In this document: positions 27,139 to 36,842 of the stretch, one piece after another
Numbering within the stretch: position 1 is the first letter of the stretch
Layout of the letters: each line of letters starts with the position of its first letter
Assembly: GCA_051418015.1 (NCBI GenBank)
Contig: JBPRGF010000019.1
Span: forward strand, 1-64,000
Direction of reading: 5' to 3'
Origin: Candidatus Nitrospinota bacterium M3_3B_026
GTDB lineage: Bacteria; Nitrospinota_A; UBA7883; JBPRGF01
Length of the DNA stretch: 64,000 nt
The notes under the pieces: generated by a model
Told to the model about the DNA's origin: nothing
Databases searched by the model: none
Seen by the model: the letters and a program-made list of their open reading frames with translations, nothing else
Program-made: the position numbers and the translations under genes

Positions 27139-28527
27139 TCAGCCTCTTCTTTGCGCGCGCTGAAACTTGAAAAGCTGCCTTTCGTAGTAGGAATCCCCCG
27201 GCGCCAGGGCAATGGCGCGCCTGATGAGTTCCACCGCCCTGTCGTAGTCTCCTTTCTGGTAGTTTATCTCCGAGAGGGTGTCTATGTACTGGGGGATGTC
27301 GTCGAAAACCGCCATGGACCGCCTGGACATCCGCTCCGCCTCGTCGAGGTTTTCCTCCTGCTTTGAATAAATCCACGCCAGCCTGTTCAACGCCGGGGCG
27401 TAGTCCGGATCCTCCTCGAGGATACGCCTGCACTCTTCGATGGCTTTTCCGTTCATTTCCATCTTGCTGTACACGGTGGCAAGGCCCAGCCTGGCGCGAT
27501 GGTTCCCCGGGTCCTTTGCGAGAACGTTCTTGAAACCAGCCTCCGCGTCGCGCAGGGCGCCGATCTCGAGACGCTGGAAAGCCTCGTTGCTTTTGGCTTC
27601 CATGGACTCAGGGTCGGCCTTCACCACCCGCCGGAACTGCTCAAGGGCCTTGTCTTCGCGTCCGGTCTTGTGATAAGTCCGCGCAAGCAGCGTCCTTATC
27701 TCCACATCGCCGGGGATTGCCTCCACGGCCTCCTCCAGGGCGCCGAGGGCCTCTTTGTACTCTTTTCTTTCAAGGAGAAGGCGCGCAAGCTCAAGCCGTG
27801 GCGCGGGATCATCGGGGTTGCTCTCGATCTTCTCCAGCAGTTTTTGTTTTTCGCTTGTCCGCTCCTCCTGCTCAGCGGCCTGGGGCTCGTTCTGGCCGGA
27901 GGGCGAAGGCTCCACGGAGGCGGCGGGGCTCTCCGCGCTGTCCGTTTCAGCCGCGCCGGGCGTCGCGACGCCACGCGCCGTCGCGTCGTTCAGGTAGAAG
28001 TTTTTTATCAGGTCCCCACCTCCAGTGAACCACACCACGCCCCCCGCGGTCATCAGCAGGAACAGGACAGCGGCGGCCTTGGAAGCCGCGCCTGGCCCGC
28101 GGGAGCCTCTGGGACCCTCGGCGGAGACGGTCTCAAGCCGGGGCGCGGGCAGGGGCGCTTCATCCCCCCTGGCGGAGGCCTTCCCGGCGCTCTTTCGCTC
28201 CGAGGGGGGCATGTAGCACGACCCCTGGAAAACGGCCATTTCCTCGGTCATGAGGACGGGGGTCTTTATGTTGCCTTCAAGGCTGCTTCCCGCGTGCAGG
28301 GATATCTTCCCCGCCGCGTCCACGTCCCCCTTGACGGCGCCGAAATTGTACAAGTGCCCCGCCTTTATGTTCGCGCGGACTTTGCCCGTCTCGCCGACGA
28401 TGAAGGTGTCGGATGAGCGGACGTCGCCTTCAAATTCTCCGTCGAACCTCAAAAGGCCCTTGAACTTCAAGACGCCCTTCAGGACGGTTCCTTCTCCGAA
28501 ATAGGAGTTCAACTTGCCAACGTTCAT
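27139..28527 (-). CDS. Bactofilin-domain / TM / TPR-repeat fusion protein
   Basis: N-terminal SYFGEGTVLKGVLKFKGLLRFDGEFEGDV..FQGSC bactofilin; one TM; multiple TPRs. Confidence 0.85.
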   Translation of the reverse strand: MNVGKLNSYFGEGTVLKGVLKFKGLLRFDGEFEGDVRSSDTFIVGETGKVRANIKAGHLYNFGAVKGDVDAAGKISLHAGSSLEGNIKTPVLMTEEMAVFQGSCYMPPSERKSAGKASARGDEAPLPAPRLETVSAEGPRGSRGPGAASKAAAVLFLLMTAGGVVWFTGGGDLIKNFYLNDATARGVATPGAAETDSAESPAASVEPSPSGQNEPQAAEQEERTSEKQKLLEKIESNPDDPAPRLELARLLLERKEYKEALGALEEAVEAIPGDVEIRTLLARTYHKTGREDKALEQFRRVVKADPESMEAKSNEAFQRLEIGALRDAEAGFKNVLAKDPGNHRARLGLATVYSKMEMNGKAIEECRRILEEDPDYAPALNRLAWIYSKQEENLDEAERMSRRSMAVFDDIPQYIDTLSEINYQKGDYDRAVELIRRAIALAPGDSYYERQLFKFQRAQRRG

Positions 28528-28698
28528 CCTTCGCGCAGCCTCATGAGTAAAGCGAGGATCGTAAAATAATAACGATAATTCGCCCCGATCAGGGCAGTCA
28601 AGAACTTTTGAGGCTCCCCTTCTCCGTGGCGCGCCGCCGCGGCTTCTTGCTCCGAAAGCTTTTTATGCCCTTGCCGCGCGGGTTAAAATCCCGGATAT

Positions 28699-29691
28699 AT
28701 GAAAAAAAAGGATAGCAGGCTCGCCGTTACCTCCGGCGACCCGGCGGGGATTGGGCCGGAGGTCATACTGAAAGCTTTCAGGGAGCTTCCCAAAACCGTC
28801 CGCCGCCGCGTTACGGTCTTCGGGGACATCTACTATTTCCGGCGGCTCGACAAAAGGCTCGGGACAGGCGTCCCCATCGCCGAGGCTTCGTCCGCCAGGG
28901 CGCGCGACGACCTGCTGCGGGTGGAGGACACCGGGAGGGTCGCCTTTTCCGCCTCCGATTTCGGGAAGACCCGGGCGCGTTTCGGCAGGGCGGCGATGGA
29001 TTCGATAAACGCCGCCGCCGGGGCCGTCATGGAGGGCCGGTTCAACGCGCTCGTGACGGCGCCCATCAGCAAGGAGGCCGTGAACCTGGCTGGATACAGG
29101 ATCCCAGGCCACACGGAATATCTCGCAAGGCTCGCCGGCGGTGTGGACGTCGTGATGGCGCTGGCCTGCGAGAAGCTGAAAGTGGCCGTCGCCACAACGC
29201 ATCTGCCGTTGCGCCGTGTCCCTGGGGCGCTGACCGAGGCGGGGCTCGTGAAAAAAATGAGGCTCATAGACTCGTCGCTGAAAAAGATGACCGGGAAACG
29301 TCCGCGCATCGCCGTCCTGGGCCTGAACCCCCACGCATCCGACGGCGGACTCTTCGGGGACGAGGAGGGGAGGATCATAGAACCGGCCGTCAGAAAAGCC
29401 CGCCGCGCGGGCGTCAAAGCCTTCGGGCCAGTCCCCGCCGACACCGCCTTCACCCCACGCGCCCTCGGCTCATACGATATCGCCCTGGCCATGTACCACG
29501 ACCAGGGGCTGATCCCTGTGAAGCTTTTAGGGTTCGGCGGGACGGTGAACGTCACCCTGGGCCTGCCATTTCTTCGCGTCTCGGTGGACCACGGAACGGC
29601 CTTCGACATCGCCGGGAAGAACAGGGCCGACCCGCGCTCCATGATCCACGCCGTCAGGACGGCGCTCAATATCCTCTCCGGGCGGTTTTAA
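28699..29691 (+). CDS. pdxA: 4-hydroxythreonine-4-phosphate dehydrogenase
   Basis: GDPAGIGPE, PGHTEYL, GLNPHA, AMYHDQGLIP, SVDHGTAFDIAG. Confidence 0.96.
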   Translation: MKKKDSRLAVTSGDPAGIGPEVILKAFRELPKTVRRRVTVFGDIYYFRRLDKRLGTGVPIAEASSARARDDLLRVEDTGRVAFSASDFGKTRARFGRAAMDSINAAAGAVMEGRFNALVTAPISKEAVNLAGYRIPGHTEYLARLAGGVDVVMALACEKLKVAVATTHLPLRRVPGALTEAGLVKKMRLIDSSLKKMTGKRPRIAVLGLNPHASDGGLFGDEEGRIIEPAVRKARRAGVKAFGPVPADTAFTPRALGSYDIALAMYHDQGLIPVKLLGFGGTVNVTLGLPFLRVSVDHGTAFDIAGKNRADPRSMIHAVRTALNILSGRF

Positions 29692-29694
29692 GAG

Positions 29695-30489
29695 ATGCCG
29701 CGCGGGCGCTCCGGGCGCAAAAAGCTGGGCCAGTGTTTCCTTATCGACGCCGCCGTGGCGGAGCGGATCGTGGCCGAGTCGGGCGTGAGGGCTGGCGAGA
29801 GGGTCCTGGAGGTGGGGCCGGGCAGGGGCATATTGACCAGGGCGCTATTGCGGGCTGGCGCGATCGTCCACGCCGTTGAGCTTGACGAGGCGCTTTTCGA
29901 GAGGCTGGAGGCCGGGATGGCCGGGACGGAGGGGTTGACGCTCGAGCGGGTGAACGCGCTCTTTTTCGACTATTCCTCGATCGAGCCGCCGTATCACGTG
30001 ATCGCGAACCTGCCGTATTCCGTCTCCGTCCCCCTCATAAAAAAGTTCATCGAGAACAAGGACAAAATATCCTCCATGACCCTGATGGTCCAGGCCGAGG
30101 TGGGCGGGCGGCTCACGGCCCGGGCGGGGGACTCGGCCTACGGCTCTCTTTCGATATACATCGCCTGCCATGCGGCGGCGCGGTATCTTTTCACCGTCCC
30201 CCCCTCCGTTTTCCGGCCCAGGCCGAAAGTCCATTCGGCGGTGGTGAGGATCGACCCCCTGGAAAAACCCCTCGTAAGCGCCAGAGACGAGGATGAGTTC
30301 TTCCGCTTTATAGCCGCCGCCTTCACCCATCGCAGGAAGATGTTGTGGAACAACCTGATCAGGGTCCGGCCGGACAGGGATAGTCTGGAGGCGGGCTTTG
30401 CGGAGGCGGGCGTTCCTTTGAAAGCGAGGCCGCAGGATGTCTCTCTCGAGGAATACTCCCGGCTCTTTCGCCGCGTGTGGCGGCGCTGA
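29695..30489 (+). CDS. rsmA: 16S rRNA m6,2A dimethyltransferase
   Basis: KKLGQCFL, LEVGPGRG, ANLPY, FRPRPKVHS. Confidence 0.95.
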   Translation: MPRGRSGRKKLGQCFLIDAAVAERIVAESGVRAGERVLEVGPGRGILTRALLRAGAIVHAVELDEALFERLEAGMAGTEGLTLERVNALFFDYSSIEPPYHVIANLPYSVSVPLIKKFIENKDKISSMTLMVQAEVGGRLTARAGDSAYGSLSIYIACHAAARYLFTVPPSVFRPRPKVHSAVVRIDPLEKPLVSARDEDEFFRFIAAAFTHRRKMLWNNLIRVRPDRDSLEAGFAEAGVPLKARPQDVSLEEYSRLFRRVWRR

Positions 30490-30492
30490 GAG

Positions 30493-31695
30493 TTATGTCT
30501 TGATATCCAGTATGGAGCCGAGCATCTCGTCGGCTGTCTGGATGGTCTTGACCTGGGCTGAGAAGCCGGTCTTGTTCTGGATGAGGTTGACCATCTGCTC
30601 GGCGATATCCACGTTGGACGCCTCCAGCGCGCCGCCGTGGATGACCCCGAAGCCTCCTGCGCCAGCCCCGCCCGTTATCGGCTGGCCGGACTGGGCCGTC
30701 TCGCCGTAAAGGCCCGCCCCCAGCGCCGAAAGCCCGCCGGGGTTGTTGAAATCGGAAAGCTCCAGCTGGTAAAGGGGCCTCGTCGCGCCGTTGGAAAAGA
30801 GGCCGGAGACGACCCCCGCCGAGTCCACGGAGAAGCCGGCAAGCGTCCCCGCGCCGTGGCCGTCCTGGGTGATCGACGTCACGGCGGATTTCGAGGCGTA
30901 CCCCGTGATGTCCCCATGGGGCGCGCCGGAGCCGTCGGCGATGTCCCACGTGACCGCAAGGTCGGCCGCGCCGGAGGGGAAGCCCGATATGGCGCCCGCA
31001 AGGTCCGACGCGGGGGATGTCATGTTCCCCTGTCCGTCGAAGGTGATGGTCCCCGCGGCGGCCGGCCCGGAGACAGTGGTTCCCTGGGGCCCGGCGGCCT
31101 GAAAGTCCCACGCGTTCGCCCCGGCCTGTTTGGTGAAGGTATACGCAACCGCGGCGGCTTCGCCTTCGGCGTTGTAGACGTTGAAAGAGGCCGTGAACGT
31201 ATCGCCCGGCGCGGCCCGGGAGTCCAGGTTCAGCCCCATCCTGAAGGATCCCGTCTCCTTTGGCCCGCCCGCCGCGTTTCCAAGCTCGATGTCTCCGGCG
31301 GCCCCGGCCCGGACGGTGTTCCCGGCGGAGTCGGTGGTCATTTTATACCCCTGGACGAAATTCCCGCCCGAGTCCACGAGCTTTCCGCCCGAGTCCAGAT
31401 GAAAGGCCCCGGAGCGGGTGTAAGCCTGACCCCCGGAAGGAGTTCTCATCTTGAAGTAGCCCGCGCCGGCCACGGCCATGTCCAGCGCGCCGCCGCCGCC
31501 GATCAGGGCCCCCTGCGCGCCCGACTTCTGTGTCGAGACTGTCATCACCCCGCGCCCCTCTCCCATGGAGGCGAGGTTGACCCTGGAGGCTTTGAAGCCG
31601 GGGGTGTTAACGTTCGCGACGTTGTTGGCGGTGGCCCGCGTTCTGTTTATATAGGCCCGGAGCCCGGAGAGGGCGGCTCCCATCCCTTCTATCAT
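30493..31695 (-). CDS. flgE: Flagellar hook protein FlgE-like
   Basis: ALSGL..ANNVANVNTPGFK, YTRSGAF, LEASNVDIAEQMV..QTADEM. Confidence 0.85.
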   Translation of the reverse strand: MIEGMGAALSGLRAYINRTRATANNVANVNTPGFKASRVNLASMGEGRGVMTVSTQKSGAQGALIGGGGALDMAVAGAGYFKMRTPSGGQAYTRSGAFHLDSGGKLVDSGGNFVQGYKMTTDSAGNTVRAGAAGDIELGNAAGGPKETGSFRMGLNLDSRAAPGDTFTASFNVYNAEGEAAAVAYTFTKQAGANAWDFQAAGPQGTTVSGPAAAGTITFDGQGNMTSPASDLAGAISGFPSGAADLAVTWDIADGSGAPHGDITGYASKSAVTSITQDGHGAGTLAGFSVDSAGVVSGLFSNGATRPLYQLELSDFNNPGGLSALGAGLYGETAQSGQPITGGAGAGGFGVIHGGALEASNVDIAEQMVNLIQNKTGFSAQVKTIQTADEMLGSILDIKT

Positions 31696-31845
31696 AGAGC
31701 GCCTCCACGGCAAGATACGTTACAAACCATTCTACAGGCTCCCCGCCCGCCCGGCAAGCGCGGGCAAAATCTTCCATCTCTTTTATCGGAGCTTCGCCCC
31801 GTTAACTTTATGGGGCAAAAACGGGAAATTTTTTCCCCGCGCAGC

Positions 31846-31872
31846 TAAAGAAAAGAGAGATCCGGCCGAAAC
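31846..31872 (+). promoter_or_regulatory. Sigma28 (FliA) promoter of flagellin
   Basis: TAAA-N15-GCCGAAAC. Confidence 0.8.
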
Positions 31873-32029
31873 AATGATTAGGCGAAAAACGGATCAAAGG
31901 AAAACGCGAAAGAGGAAAGGAGGTAAAAGGCGAAAACGTTCTGTTACAGGACCTGGCGCGAAGGCGGGAAGGGAGATCCGGCTTGAAGCGCAGGGAAGCG
32001 GTAAACGTATCATGGAGGAGACATAAGTC

Positions 32030-32878
32030 ATGGCATTACGAGTCTACAACAACGTTTTTTCACTCACGGCTCAGCGTCACCTGGGCAACAACAACAGCGC
32101 CCTGGGAAGTTCGCTCGAGCGTCTTTCTTCCGGTCTGCGGATAAACCGCGGCGCCGACGACGCGGCGGGTCTGGCCATATCCCAGGCCCTGCGGGCGGAC
32201 ATTCGGTCGCTGAACCAGGCGCTCCGGAACGCCAACGACGGCATCAGCCTCATCAACACCGCCGAAGGCGCCCTCTCGGAGCAGTCGTCCATCCTCATTC
32301 GTATGCGCGAGCTGGCCTCTCAGGCCGCCACGGGCACCGTCGGCGACACGGAGCGCGCCACGATTAACAACGAGTTCAACCTGCTCAGGGACGAGATCAC
32401 GCGTATATCGCAGGTGACGGAGTTCAACGGTCAGAAGCTGATCGACGGTTCGCTGGCCTCTTCGGCCAGTTCGGTTGTCATCCAGGTCGGAATGCAGAAC
32501 ACCAGCTTCGACAGGATCAACCTGAACACGGCTGTCGACCTGACCGCCATCGACGCCACGGCGCTGGGTCTCGACACCGTGCAGGTGTCGGCCGTTGACG
32601 CGGCCCTCACCGCGATGGACAAGATCGACTCCGCCCTTTCCGTGGTGACGTCCGGGCGCGGCAAGCTCGGCGCGGTGCAGAACAGGCTGATCAACACTAT
32701 CAACAACATCTCCGTCAGCGCCGAGAACCTCCAGGCGGCCGAGTCGCAGATCCGCGACGCGGACTACTCCAAGGAGATATCCGACTTCACGAAGAACCAG
32801 ATCCTGGTGCAGGCCTCCACGGCCATTCTCGCCCAGGCGAACCTGGTGCCTCAGTCGGTGTTGCAGCTGTTGGGATAA
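32030..32878 (+). CDS. fliC: Flagellin
   Basis: LERLSSGLRINRGADDAAGLAIS; LGAVQNRL; AESQIRDAD; LAQAN..VLQLLG. Confidence 0.97.
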   Translation: MALRVYNNVFSLTAQRHLGNNNSALGSSLERLSSGLRINRGADDAAGLAISQALRADIRSLNQALRNANDGISLINTAEGALSEQSSILIRMRELASQAATGTVGDTERATINNEFNLLRDEITRISQVTEFNGQKLIDGSLASSASSVVIQVGMQNTSFDRINLNTAVDLTAIDATALGLDTVQVSAVDAALTAMDKIDSALSVVTSGRGKLGAVQNRLINTINNISVSAENLQAAESQIRDADYSKEISDFTKNQILVQASTAILAQANLVPQSVLQLLG

Positions 32879-32986
32879 CGCCTGCCTGACGAAGCCAGTC
32901 CCGCTCCGGCCTCGCCGGGGCGGACGGGCTTGGCGCCAAAGCCGCCGGGTTGACGCCCCGCGGCGCGGCGCCAGCGGCTTAATGAA

Positions 32987-33020
32987 GGCGGGAGGCTTTC
33001 AGAGCCTCCCGCCGTTTTTT
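32987..33020 (+). terminator. Intrinsic terminator after fliC
   Basis: GGCGGGAGGCT-ttcag-AGCCTCCCGCC followed by a T6 tract. Confidence 0.85.
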
Positions 33021-33188
33021 ATGGTGGGCGCGAACACAGAAAAAATCCTCACGCCTTCTTCCATGACTCCCCGCCCGCCGCGAACAATCCTCCCCCTCGG
33101 CTGTTCAAATACAAACCGGGAGCCGGGCGGATCCCCGGGGACGCGGGCCGGGCCGGGCGTAAAGTTTTGATCTGGTATAATTCCTGAA

Positions 33189-34238
33189 ATGTCTGAAGAC
33201 AACACCGGCAGGATTCTCATCGTCGACGACGAGGAGAGCATCAGGACGTTCATCAACCGCAGGCTTTCCCGGCTCGGTTATGAATGCCGGGTCGCCGAGG
33301 ACGGAGCCGCCGCTCTCGCCATCGCCGCCGGAGAGAAGTTCGACGTGGCGCTGACGGACATCAACATGCCGCGGATGGACGGCCTCGAGCTTTTGCGCAG
33401 GCTCCGCGGGATGGACGAGACCATATCCGTCATCATGGTCACCGCCGTGGTCGACATGAACGCCGCCGTCACTTCCCTGAAGGAGGGGGCGCTCGATTAC
33501 ATCACCAAGCCGATCGAGAGCGAGAAGCTCGTGGTCAGCGTCGCCAACGCCGTGGAAAAGGCCAGGCTCTTGAGGGAGAACATCGATTACCGCGACCACC
33601 TCGAGCGCATGGTGGAGGAGCGCTCCGCCGAGGTCAGGGAGAAAAGCCTGCGGCTCAAGCAGTTTTTCGTGGAGACCACGATGGCCCTGGTCTCCGCTAT
33701 CGAGGCCAAGGACAAGTACACCGAGGGCCACAGCAGGAGGGTGGCCGAATACTCGAGAAAAACCGCCCTGAAACTCGGGCTGTCCGGCAACGAGGCGGAG
33801 ATGGTCTTCGTGGCCGGATCCCTTCACGATATAGGCAAGATCGGGATACCCGACAGGGTGCTGAGCAAGCCGGGGGTCTTCAACGACGAGGAGAGGAGAA
33901 TAATGAACAGGCATTCGACCCTCTCCGCGAACATACTGGCGTACATCGAGGATTACAAGGATATCAAGGAGATGGTGCTGAGCCATCACGAGCGCTATGA
34001 CGGCGATGGGTATCCCGAAGGCCTCGCGGGCGAGGCGATCCCCCTCGGCGCGAGAATACTGGCCGTGGCCGACACCTTCGACGCGATGACGTCGGAGCGC
34101 CCCTACAGGCCCAGGATGTCCGCGGAAAGGGCCGTGGAGGAGATCAGGAGGGGCATGGGGCAACAGTTCGACCAGCGTGTCGCCGCCGCGTTCATCGCCC
34201 TTGTGGAGGAGGGCGAGATAGACGGTGATAAGGGATGA
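33189..34238 (+). CDS. Response regulator with HD-GYP c-di-GMP phosphodiesterase domain
   Basis: REC domain ILIVDDE, DINMP; TEGHSRRV, LHDIGKIG, HHERYDGDGYP. Confidence 0.94.
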   Translation: MSEDNTGRILIVDDEESIRTFINRRLSRLGYECRVAEDGAAALAIAAGEKFDVALTDINMPRMDGLELLRRLRGMDETISVIMVTAVVDMNAAVTSLKEGALDYITKPIESEKLVVSVANAVEKARLLRENIDYRDHLERMVEERSAEVREKSLRLKQFFVETTMALVSAIEAKDKYTEGHSRRVAEYSRKTALKLGLSGNEAEMVFVAGSLHDIGKIGIPDRVLSKPGVFNDEERRIMNRHSTLSANILAYIEDYKDIKEMVLSHHERYDGDGYPEGLAGEAIPLGARILAVADTFDAMTSERPYRPRMSAERAVEEIRRGMGQQFDQRVAAAFIALVEEGEIDGDKG

Positions 34239-35161
34239 GCCGCGCCGCCGCCATAGACCTCGGGACCAACACTGTCCGGATACTTGTGGCCGAGCCCGAC
34301 GGCGGCGGGTTCAACCAGCTTTTCTCCGATCAGGTCATAACCCGCCTCGGGGAAGGCATGGGAGCCTCGGGCAGGCTCAGGCCCGAAGCTGTCGAAAGGA
34401 CGGCGGAGGCCGTGGAGGAGCTTTTGCGCCGGGCCGCGTCATATAAACCCTTCCGGCTCGCCGTTACCGCCACCAGCGCCGCCCGGGAGGCGGCCAACAC
34501 GGACGAGCTCGCCGCCGCGATCCGAGAGGCCTCCGGGGCGGCTCTCAGGGTGATCTCGTGGGAGGAGGAGGCGCGCCTTACGCTCCTGGGGGCGTCGCTG
34601 GCCGTCGGCGGGGCGGGGCGGTTCGTGCTTTTCGACATCGGCGGGGGCAGCACGGAGTTCATATTGGCCGAGGAAGGGCGGCCGGCCTCCTTTCGCGGCT
34701 CGGACCTTGGCGTGGTGAGGCTGGCGGAGACTTACATCACGAAACATCCCGTTGTTGACTATGAGTACGGGAGAATGTTACAGGAGATCAGCGGGAAGGT
34801 GGACGAAGCCTTCACCGGCCTTGAGGCCGGCGGCGGTGAGGAGCTTGTCGGCGTGGCGGGGACGGTGACGTCGCTGGCGGCGATCGACCTGAACATGGTG
34901 GAGTACTCCCCCGCCAGGGTGAACAACCACCGCCTCACGGCCGGGGCCGTGGGCAGGATAAAGGAAAGGCTTTTCGCCATGACGCTGAAGGAGCGGGCCA
35001 GGATCCCGTCGCTGAAAGGAGGGCGCGAGGACCTCATCGTCCCGGGAGTCGCGATCGTCGAGTCGGTCATGGCGCGGGCGGGCTCTGAAAGCGTGACGGT
35101 CTCCGACTACAGCCTCAGGGAGGGGATTATCCTGGACATGGCCCGGACAGACGGCCCATGA
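34235..35161 (+). CDS. ppx: Ppx/GppA-family exopolyphosphatase
   Basis: AIDLGTNT, ATSAAREAAN, DIGGGSTE, SLREG. Confidence 0.92.
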   Translation: MSRAAAIDLGTNTVRILVAEPDGGGFNQLFSDQVITRLGEGMGASGRLRPEAVERTAEAVEELLRRAASYKPFRLAVTATSAAREAANTDELAAAIREASGAALRVISWEEEARLTLLGASLAVGGAGRFVLFDIGGGSTEFILAEEGRPASFRGSDLGVVRLAETYITKHPVVDYEYGRMLQEISGKVDEAFTGLEAGGGEELVGVAGTVTSLAAIDLNMVEYSPARVNNHRLTAGAVGRIKERLFAMTLKERARIPSLKGGREDLIVPGVAIVESVMARAGSESVTVSDYSLREGIILDMARTDGP

Positions 35162-35961
35162 GCGCGGCGCCTCTCGCCCTGGCCGCGGCCATGATCTCCA
35201 TCGCCTTTGTCGGCCCGGCCTACCTCGCGAACAAGGAGGGGAACAAGCTGTACGCGGCCGGGCGCTATAAGGAGGCGCTTGCCGAATACCGCAGGGCCGG
35301 GATGGCCGACCCCGAGTCCGAGACGGTGAAGTACAACATGGGGAACACCCTTTACAGGTTGAAAAGATACGAGGAGGCGGCGCAGGCCTATTCTTCGGTC
35401 GTCTCCTCCGGGGACGGGGGACTGGAAGGGATGGCCGCCTTCAACCGCGGCGGCGCCCTGTACAGGGCAGGGGAGGCGGCGCAGGCCCAGGGGAACCCGG
35501 ACGGGGCCCTTAAGTTTTTCGAGGCGGCGGCGGGCCAGTACAAGAATCTGCTGAAAGAATATCCTTCCGACAACGACGCGCGGCACAACCTGGAGCTGGC
35601 CCTCGAGAAGATCAGGGAGCTTGAAAAACAGCGGAAGGAGCGCGACAGGGAGGATAATAAGACCAAAGGCGGCGGGCAACAGGAAAAGAAGGCCGGGAAG
35701 GAGGAGAAGGAGCCCACCGGCGGAGAAGACGGCGCCGGGGAAGAGGGGCGGGATGAGCGCAGGGAGAATGAAAACCGCCTCGCAAAAGAGGACCGCGGGA
35801 ATAAGCAGGAGCAAAAAAAGCGGGACAAGCCGCAATCGGACAGGGCCGTGGAGCAGGCGAGCCGCGTGTTCAGGGCCGTGGAGCAGGACGAGCGCGCCCT
35901 GCGGGAGAAACTGAGGCTGAAGGCCCTCGGCGAGGCACCGCAAAAAGAAAAGGACTGGTGA
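35158..35961 (+). CDS. TPR protein (BatC-like)
   Basis: N-terminal TM; TPRs (YNMGNTLY, ARHNLELA); charged linker; C-terminal EKDW. Confidence 0.75.
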   Translation: MSAAPLALAAAMISIAFVGPAYLANKEGNKLYAAGRYKEALAEYRRAGMADPESETVKYNMGNTLYRLKRYEEAAQAYSSVVSSGDGGLEGMAAFNRGGALYRAGEAAQAQGNPDGALKFFEAAAGQYKNLLKEYPSDNDARHNLELALEKIRELEKQRKERDREDNKTKGGGQQEKKAGKEEKEPTGGEDGAGEEGRDERRENENRLAKEDRGNKQEQKKRDKPQSDRAVEQASRVFRAVEQDERALREKLRLKALGEAPQKEKDW

Positions 35962-35965
35962 CCCC

Positions 35966-36835
35966 ATGACATCCCTCGCCATTATCGGCGGAAGCGGCGC
36001 TTACAACATCCTTGGGCGCGAGGCGCTCGGCAGGGTGAAAACGCTCAAGCCGGTGCGCACACCCTTCGGCAAAAGGGACAACATCCACAAGGCTCGCATG
36101 GGCGGGCGGGACGTTCTTTTCCTGTCCCGCCACGGGGAGGACGGGTACAGGATATCCGCCCCATTCATAAACTACAGGGCGAACATCTGGGCGCTCAAGG
36201 AGTTGGGCGTGGAGCGTATAATCGCCTGGTCGGGCCCCGGCGTAATAAACCCTTCGTTTTCCGTCGGCGGCTACACCGTGCCCCACGACATCATCGACAT
36301 GACGAAACGCCGTCCTTCCACGTTTTTCGAGAAGGGCGGGCTCGGTTTCATAAGGATGAAAAACCCCTTCTGCCAGGACCTTCGCCACGCGCTGATGTAC
36401 GCCATGGAGGAGGACGGGCTGCGGTATTACGATGAGTCTGTCTATCTTTGCACGGAGGGGCCGAGGCTGGAGACGCCTGCGGAGATACGCCTTTTCCACT
36501 CCTACGGCGCCGACCTTGTGGGGATGACGCTCGTCCCCGAGGCTTTCCTCGCGCGGGAGCTGGAGATGTGTTACGCGGCCCTGTGCTACCTGACGAACTA
36601 CGCTGAGGGGGCGGCGGAGCGCGCGTACAGGGAGGGGGAGCTTTTCGAGGGGATGCAAAGCGCCAGGGAGAAAGAAGACGTGGAGGAGGCGATGGAGCGC
36701 CTTCCGCGCTTGGCCGCCGCCGCCCTGGCCGCCGCGGCGGCCCACGAGCGGGAATGCGAATGCAAGGACGCCATGCTTCGCTACAAAAAAAGAGGGGACA
36801 TCACCGACGATTGGCGAAAATGGATCGACCCCTGA
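35966..36835 (+). CDS. MTAP-family purine nucleoside phosphorylase
   Basis: IIGGSG, FLSRHG, INYRANIWALK, EGPRLETPAEI, VGMT..PEAFLARE. Confidence 0.92.
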   Translation: MTSLAIIGGSGAYNILGREALGRVKTLKPVRTPFGKRDNIHKARMGGRDVLFLSRHGEDGYRISAPFINYRANIWALKELGVERIIAWSGPGVINPSFSVGGYTVPHDIIDMTKRRPSTFFEKGGLGFIRMKNPFCQDLRHALMYAMEEDGLRYYDESVYLCTEGPRLETPAEIRLFHSYGADLVGMTLVPEAFLARELEMCYAALCYLTNYAEGAAERAYREGELFEGMQSAREKEDVEEAMERLPRLAAAALAAAAAHERECECKDAMLRYKKRGDITDDWRKWIDP

Positions 36836-36842
36836 GCGCGCC

